Source: Gemmatimonadales bacterium
GTDB lineage: Bacteria > Gemmatimonadota > Gemmatimonadetes > Gemmatimonadales > GWC2-71-9
Reading direction: 5' to 3'
NCBI GenBank assembly: GCA_037045245.1
Contig: JBAOHR010000009.1
Span: forward strand, 75,241 to 139,240
DNA: 64,000 nucleotides
The first letter of the stretch is position 1; every line of letters begins with the position of its first letter. The position numbers were made by a program, and so were the translations under genes. Below are positions 63,876-64,000 of this stretch, in pieces. The notes beneath the pieces are model-generated. The model worked only from the letters and a program-made list of their open reading frames with translations, did no database searches and was not told where the DNA came from.

Positions 63876-64000
63876 TGGGAACCTCCAGGTTGGTCAAGCG
63901 TCCGGCCACCCACCGAAACGGGGCGCCGGACGCGGACCTAACGGTAAGCCGAACGCGTTTGTTTCAAAACGTTACGAGACATCCTCGAACAGCACCCGCC

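Noticed and set aside
1-64000. Mobile elements, prophage, defence systems (restriction-modification, toxin-antitoxin, CBASS, retron-like) or biosynthetic gene clusters.
   Set aside because: I found no integrase, transposase, recombinase, phage structural gene, nuclease/methylase pair, small toxin-antitoxin pair, reverse transcriptase or NRPS/PKS-type gene in any frame. The accessory-looking content is transport, signalling and envelope functions.

Overview
Very GC-rich chromosomal segment (roughly 70 percent G+C by eye; third codon positions are almost all G/C) from a Gram-negative bacterium. The gene content is TonB/ExbB, two TonB-dependent receptors, many lipoproteins, alternative complex III and a serine-palmitoyltransferase cluster. 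That content suggests Gemmatimonadota or a similar soil phylum, but this is inference only. I call 55 protein-coding loci and one tRNA-Ala(UGC). I found no rRNA, CRISPR array, integrase or transposase.

Main modules, left to right:
- exbB-tonB.
- A same-strand array: sod, peroxiredoxin, NTF2-like lipoprotein, PAS kinase, OmpR-type regulator, second kinase.
- Housekeeping and secreted enzymes: parvulin, M28 peptidase.
- A sugar-ABC ATPase next to a truncated GH1 beta-glucosidase remnant.
- A tightly coupled 5-gene operon: NitT/TauT-type ABC ATPase, permease, adenylate-forming enzyme, binding protein, TonB-dependent receptor.
- MsbA-like exporter, GT4 glycosyltransferase and tRNA-Ala.
- M19 dipeptidase, hemY and an M6 metalloprotease.
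- A 4-gene operon that looks like bacterial ceramide/sphingolipid synthesis: spt, GNAT acyltransferase, SDR reductase, PAP2.
- A lipoprotein-anchored plastocyanin-like cupredoxin and an ECF sigma/anti-sigma pair.
- An intact actABCDEF alternative complex III operon.
- trmJ-like gene, HIBADH-like gene, dinB and queF.
- Four tandem, translationally coupled membrane Ser/Thr kinases with an atypical catalytic loop.
- Phytase-like gene, a second TonB-dependent receptor, TetR plus a long acyl-CoA dehydrogenase, and small lipoprotein/OMP genes.

Two window-wide observations stand out.
1. At least six gene 3' ends carry palindromes built from tandem 7-nt units that each contain a stop triplet (GTGAAAC, GTGAGAC, GGTGAAC, GTCCTGA, TAGTCGT). 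These form long, low-GC hairpins. At five of the six loci they place stop codons in all three frames right after the annotated stop.
2. Fourteen of the 55 genes are broken by single-nucleotide frameshifts (about 30 breaks). The breaks are strongly clustered and mostly behave as +1 insertions. They need read-level verification before being interpreted as pseudogenes.
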